The notes under the pieces are model-generated. The model was not told the origin of the DNA, searched no databases, and was given only the letters and a program-made list of their open reading frames with translations. Positions 61,401-64,000 of a stretch of DNA of 64,000 nucleotides are shown in pieces. Origin of the DNA: Ignavibacteriales bacterium (GTDB lineage: Bacteria > Bacteroidota > Ignavibacteria > UBA10030 > SZUA-254); contig JACRFD010000038.1 in the NCBI GenBank assembly GCA_016218025.1, positions 136,874-200,873 of the forward strand, read 5' to 3'. Within the stretch, counting starts at the first letter, position 1; each line of letters opens with the position of its first letter. The translations under genes and the position numbers were made by a program.

Positions 61401-61893
61401 GATTTTCGTTTCTAAAAATGATAGTCCATTCGTTCCGTGGCTCTCCAACGTTACAGACACGATAGCAACATTCACAGGTGAATCGGGAAATAAATATGGC
61501 TTCTTCAGTTTATCGTCAGATAACGCGGGCAACATCGAGATCGTGAAAAATTCAGCCGATGCGTTAACATTGATAACAGGAATAGATGATCTGCTGCAAA
61601 CGATTCCAACTGTATTCAAACTTCATCAAAATTATCCTAACCCGTTTAATCCGAACACCGTGATCCGTTACGAACTCCCAAAGACTTCGCATGTAACACT
61701 CACAATCTTCAACGTGCTGGGACAGAAAGTCGCAACAATTGTTGATGAAGTTCAGGCGATGGGTTACAAGACTGTGGAGTTCAGGGTATCCAATCTATCA
61801 AGTGGTGTGTACTTCTATCGGATAGAGGCAGTTAGTATTGCCGATCCGGGCAAGATGTTCGCGCAAGTGAAAAAGATGGTGGTGATGAAATAA
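55426..61893 (+). CDS. Giant T9SS-secreted adhesin-like protein: at least 10 CARDB-like repeats, PPC-like and IPT/TIG-like domains, internal hydrophobic hairpin, T9SS CTD
   Basis: Repeating about 100-aa module PDLxV...G..I.V...V.N.G...T....W.D.VYLS.D...D..D......GxSYTR...V.LP.G.SG.YY..V.TD..N.V.E.NE.NN. C-terminal KLHQNYPNPFNPNTVIRYELP...GVYFYRIEA. Start chosen at ATG 55426 (MRTIVPLIVLFFFTGTVFA signal); the ORF track starts at 55348. Confidence 0.8.
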   Translation: MRTIVPLIVLFFFTGTVFAQLPDLTISNVSVPVTASAGDIITVKWTTSNIGSGSTSGAFLFDGIYLSTDQNFDKSTDTYLSGYFHSLAIPAGSSEEDSTVVILPDSLNGNFYIFVNADDFLSVSESNETNNFAHSAIINISTNAPDLKVVSVTAPATGSSQQYIQVSYSVSNIGSKDITSQSWYDYIILSSDTVYDNGDDVFLGTVSMDTSLTIGDSYTRTSSVYLPTGLSGIYYVLVRTNAFDFLNELNVNNNLGRSTSISIDFKRPDLFVSQINRPDTVNAGDKLRFSYQITNIGDTSTNSQQWFDEIFISSDSIVGNDTLLTLYLRSTNLEQGQSFTISDSVAMPFGLLKGNYHVIIGCDMLNQINESNETNNIRISNPFLYGFNGPDLVVTHVQTPVSAFSGQQIQINWIVKNSGTLATNAPQWYDRVYLSPSPVFDPLSVTTLGFFDNMSYLGPGESYSNTQNVTLPNGINGSYYIFVHSDAFSQITEVDESNNFMKNDTAMQVNLSASPDLIVSAFSKPSTAFSGDTIDISYTVKNVGNGSTNTAQWYDVLYFTQDTVLDIRTVQWLGWYQHDGALAPESSYTRIDRVVLPNAISGKFYFYLGTDNFNNVYEFTAESNNMRRDSIDVVLTPPPDLVVTNVSGPLSGNSGKRILVSWSVQNQGSNPPFEPGWQDRLYISSLSTFNPESSYVLGTFTRYGILEPDSSYTRTDSVLIPDGLSGQYYIYTMTDWKNEVFENLFEKNNVTRSSATIQVALSPWPDLDIASMTNPSTVSAGQQVTINWNVTNSGIGAATSPLWKDKVYISSSATWDSASSTLLKDVPHTLPLLPSGSYSQTASVTLPVTISGTYYFYIITDAGNNVYEHTDEGNNIERSSAVSVQPYPPIDLRAGNVVIPSSGFSGIPVSVQFTVQNIGTGKTLATKWDDAVYLSVDTVLNVGVDSLLTVVHRMGALDVGESYTRDLSVRLPDGVSGNYYCLVRADTGNAVSDNNILNNIGYSTSMISVSLSPPPDLHVASVIAPSEGQSGQPITVRWTIQNSGSGQTLVSSWNDAIYLSSDIYLDPADTRLATKSHNEGLPASQSYSDSLEVVLPNYASGDLFLLIQTDSKNEVFEQSGEANNVLSRPITVNIAAPSDLIISNIIVPDSAIAGDDVTISWTIRNQGANPATGWIDDVVYLSSDQTWEVTDPVFGIYRRNINLAPGATMEASMKAKINRTFFSDSTGNLTAPMPGFSPGNYYAIVRTDIRNYIHENNENNNAGTSTGTTRIDVPTLQLDIPTITSFTQGEQKYFRVNVIAGQTLKVTLDGNAPGGSLEMYGRFGTVPTRSQFDVSYTTAFSPDQQITIPETNTGTYYILIFADRVEGDSIGATILAQALSFGISSLSPVRGGNSGDVTIMVEGARFVAGSTVKLIGSGGALPRLIKCTFIDASRIDATFDLTGNLPLGAYDVVVRRPDNSEATLAGGFTLEPGKNLTANLGFAPPSAIARGGSGFYSISVENTTNIDLPFMTVYIIIPSGQSYNVNSNNMQTLSQLLPDTLKSIIHLQNHFDEGAWRFVPLTARNVRVGQRLNIALQVNDVQGTEFPIQIAVDAIDRKGFVEGQLLYLELFRQALLMDTSGKFAPEFYNLAQTPQEFINTLMQVYVDLGILTPSDVSLVTSKQLQKIVEKVSRLPLSQKKLDAVFKPMITSCENELNWLELGGRLAIIAVGLITGALLAPVTLGVGAVLAVISGLGLGMNIGAIINDSPGLMSRIFCDDPRTPTPVIASKDPNDIMGPAGYGEKKWVALTQTMTYTVRFENDPKLATAPAQIVSVNMDVDSTLDVRSFRLGNFGFGSFTFNGAENRSHYSKRLDVLDSLSIYVDVSAGIDVDKNKAFWIFKSINPATGELPSNPLSGFLPVNDSLHRGEGFLTFSVKPKSTSHTGDIVNAKARIVFDVNDPIDTPPIYNTIDAGLPISSVRLLPPITKDTTSFLVRWAGADDSTGSGLKNYSIFVSKNDSPFVPWLSNVTDTIATFTGESGNKYGFFSLSSDNAGNIEIVKNSADALTLITGIDDLLQTIPTVFKLHQNYPNPFNPNTVIRYELPKTSHVTLTIFNVLGQKVATIVDEVQAMGYKTVEFRVSNLSSGVYFYRIEAVSIADPGKMFAQVKKMVVMK

Positions 61894-61929
61894 GTATCAA
61901 ATAGTAGCAGAACAAATAAATGATTTCTT

Positions 61930-61967
61930 AATGGGTGAGTTAACAAGCTCACCCATTTTTATTTAAT
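61930..61967 (+). terminator. Intrinsic terminator aatgggtgag-ttaacaag-ctcacccatt plus TTTTATTT
   Basis: 10-bp stem with U-tract, 36 nt after the stop. Confidence 0.75.
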
Positions 61968-62156
61968 ACAGATTAGATTGGTGAATCAGTAATGGAGACT
62001 GATGAAAGAAAAATAAGCGTAGTAAGTGAGGGGAGTTATACAGTCGAGTAAAAATAGCTGTTAGCATGCTGACATACGAGAATAGTGTGGGAAATTGAGG
62101 AAATTTAAAGGTTTCCTCAAGATATCATTTCGGAATAATGATCATAAATAAACGAT

Positions 62157-62185
62157 TTGACATTCAATAAGAATTTATCTACAAT
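62157..62185 (+). promoter_or_regulatory. Perfect-consensus promoter TTGACA-17-TACAAT
   Basis: ttgaca ttcaataagaatttatc tacaat, 160 nt upstream of ATG 62345. Confidence 0.5.
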
Positions 62186-62344
62186 ATCCCAGAAACAAAT
62201 CAGCGACAGAAACCTCAGGATAAAAAATATTGAATTAATTCTTAATCTAAAAAATGCTTTTCTCGAAAATATACTTTTATATAAATGTAGCGTTACAGAT
62301 TTAAAAATAATTATTGCCACAATATCATTCTGAAAGGAGTTCGT

Positions 62345-64000
62345 ATGAGAATTTTCGTAATGGTTGTAACAACTTTGATTTTTATTTTATCATTCTCATT
62401 TGGGCAAACTGAAGCTTGGAGATTGCCTGGTCATTATTACGCGGGGGCGGCAGGTACCGGAGGAGATATATTTCTTGCTAAGAGTGCAATTTATTATTAT
62501 GGTTTTTCACTTCCGGACACAATAAAAAAAGTAACTTCAGCAGGTGTTGTTGCTAAGCAATTGGAAGTAAACGGAATGATCAGGAATATTATCTATAGCG
62601 GAACAGGTTTATACACATTGTTCTATTCCTCTACAACAAGTGACAGTATTACTTATTATGATGACAACTTAAATGGGCAATGGAGTATAAATTTGGGTTC
62701 GGACTATTATTCTTCAAATAAGATGACCCCAAAGGTTGATCAATCAGGCAATTTGTATATTGTGCAGTCGGATCCGCTTTCCCTTTTGAAGATAACAAAA
62801 GATGGTACAATCGCATTCCGTAAGAATTTAAGCAGACCTACTTTTACGATTGATTTTGAAGATATTTCGGGTCCTGTAATTGACCAGAATGGAAATATTG
62901 TAATTGTACAATGTGTAGTAGATTATCAGAATAAAACAGCAAAAGGAGCAACAATCGAATCACAGGATGGCTACTATTATTTATATCGGACTGATACTAC
63001 TAATTCATCACCCATCACTCAATCGTTATTCTTGAAGAAAGATAAAATGTTGTACTTCAAAGATGCCGGAGCCAAATGGGAAGATTTTCAACTGAATGAT
63101 TACTCATATTTATTAAAAAATTTGGTTATTCAGAACGGATTTGTTGCAATAGGAGGGATGCATTCTTATAATGCTACAAAAGTCACAAAAAAGTGGAAAG
63201 AAGAATCGATAAGCCAATGGCGGATGCTGTTTACAGGTGCTGATAGAAAGGCGAAGAAATTTTCTTATAAAGGTAAGGGTGGGGATGCATGCAACGGGAG
63301 TGAGCCCGGCTTGAATTATAAAAACGACGACATGGGAAACAACCTCGAATGGATTGTGAATGGAACCGGCGATCAAGTCTGTTTAATTGGATCGACTTCA
63401 AGAAATAAACTAAGATGTGGGGAGGGGCAATGGGGGTATGATGGAGTGGTTATGGCTTATAACTTAGCTACGAAAAAAATTGCATGGAAAATTATTGTTC
63501 GTGACACAATATACGGAGCTATATACCAGAAAGAATCAGGGAAAATATTTGCAGGTTATTACAATGGGAATTCGTTGTATTATAAAGTATTCGATCAAAA
63601 TGGCGGCATAGGACCGACCTTAAATTTTGGTCAAACACAATTTATTAATCCACGCAATTTTATGATAGATTTAAATAGACAAGATGATGCAATGTATCTA
63701 AATTTTGGATCGCCAGCAGAGTGGTACTTTGTTAAATATTCTATACCGTCTATGGAATTCAAACCATCGACATTCAGCAACTATTCAGAAGAGCCACTAC
63801 AATTTGAGCTTCAGCAAAATTATCCCAATCCGTTCAATCCATCGACCACGATAGAATTTACACTTGCGCAATCATCCTTAGTAACTTTGAAAATATACAA
63901 TATGCTTGGACAGGAAGTTGCAACAATTCTTAATCATGAAGAGATGGAAGCAGGTAGTCAGGAAGTAGAATATAATGCAATCGCACTATCATCGGGTGTT
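62345..64000 (+). CDS. T9SS-secreted hypothetical protein (3' end truncated by the window edge)
   Basis: Open frame from ATG 62345 (MRIFVMVVTTLIFILSFSFGQ signal) to the window end with no stop; last residues FELQQNYPNPFNPSTTIEFTLAQSSLVTLKIYNMLGQEVATIL are the start of a T9SS CTD. Confidence 0.75.
   Translation, partial: MRIFVMVVTTLIFILSFSFGQTEAWRLPGHYYAGAAGTGGDIFLAKSAIYYYGFSLPDTIKKVTSAGVVAKQLEVNGMIRNIIYSGTGLYTLFYSSTTSDSITYYDDNLNGQWSINLGSDYYSSNKMTPKVDQSGNLYIVQSDPLSLLKITKDGTIAFRKNLSRPTFTIDFEDISGPVIDQNGNIVIVQCVVDYQNKTAKGATIESQDGYYYLYRTDTTNSSPITQSLFLKKDKMLYFKDAGAKWEDFQLNDYSYLLKNLVIQNGFVAIGGMHSYNATKVTKKWKEESISQWRMLFTGADRKAKKFSYKGKGGDACNGSEPGLNYKNDDMGNNLEWIVNGTGDQVCLIGSTSRNKLRCGEGQWGYDGVVMAYNLATKKIAWKIIVRDTIYGAIYQKESGKIFAGYYNGNSLYYKVFDQNGGIGPTLNFGQTQFINPRNFMIDLNRQDDAMYLNFGSPAEWYFVKYSIPSMEFKPSTFSNYSEEPLQFELQQNYPNPFNPSTTIEFTLAQSSLVTLKIYNMLGQEVATILNHEEMEAGSQEVEYNAIALSSGV

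Overview
This window is a low-GC chromosomal segment of roughly 38% GC. The shared TIGR04183-type T9SS C-terminal sorting domains, Fib_succ_major and CARDB proteins, and canonical TTGACA-17-TATAAT promoters point to an Ignavibacteria- or Bacteroidota/Chlorobiota-like organism (FCB group). Housekeeping islands are interleaved with accessory blocks. The housekeeping genes are:
- prfB with its programmed +1 frameshift;
- lolE-lolE-lolD;
- hppA;
- rplM-rpsI;
- rpsB-tsf-pyrH-frr;
- polA;
- tag.

The accessory and regulatory blocks are:
1. A repeat-embedded GxxExxY (PD-(D/E)XK) gene next to a split AtuA-like (DUF1446) / DUF4387 / acyl-CoA-synthetase cluster.
2. An XRE regulator with a membrane partner, then a lipoprotein trio that includes a Fib_succ_major protein, then an orphan hypothetical gene.
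3. Orphan receiver domains and an APC-permease–UspA fusion.
4. A sigma-54 two-component system directly upstream of a STAS–ExbB–ExbD–ExbD–TonB–PstS-like–TPR cluster.
5. A tandem PspC protein.
6. A 1595-aa multi-PAS hybrid kinase carrying a Cys cluster.
7. A T9SS cargo island of three consecutive giant secreted proteins: an M6-like metalloprotease with InlB B-repeats, a 2156-aa CARDB-repeat protein with an odd internal hydrophobic hairpin, and a third protein truncated by the window edge.

No tRNA, rRNA, CRISPR, transposase or integrase was found. The least-explained structure is the CACGAAG/CTTCGTG repeat system around the GxxExxY gene. The orphan 10520..11275 gene and the solitary PstS-like protein in the TonB-energizer operon are the other candidates for undescribed biology. 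All calls come from reading the sequence and the six-frame ORF track; no database search was possible.
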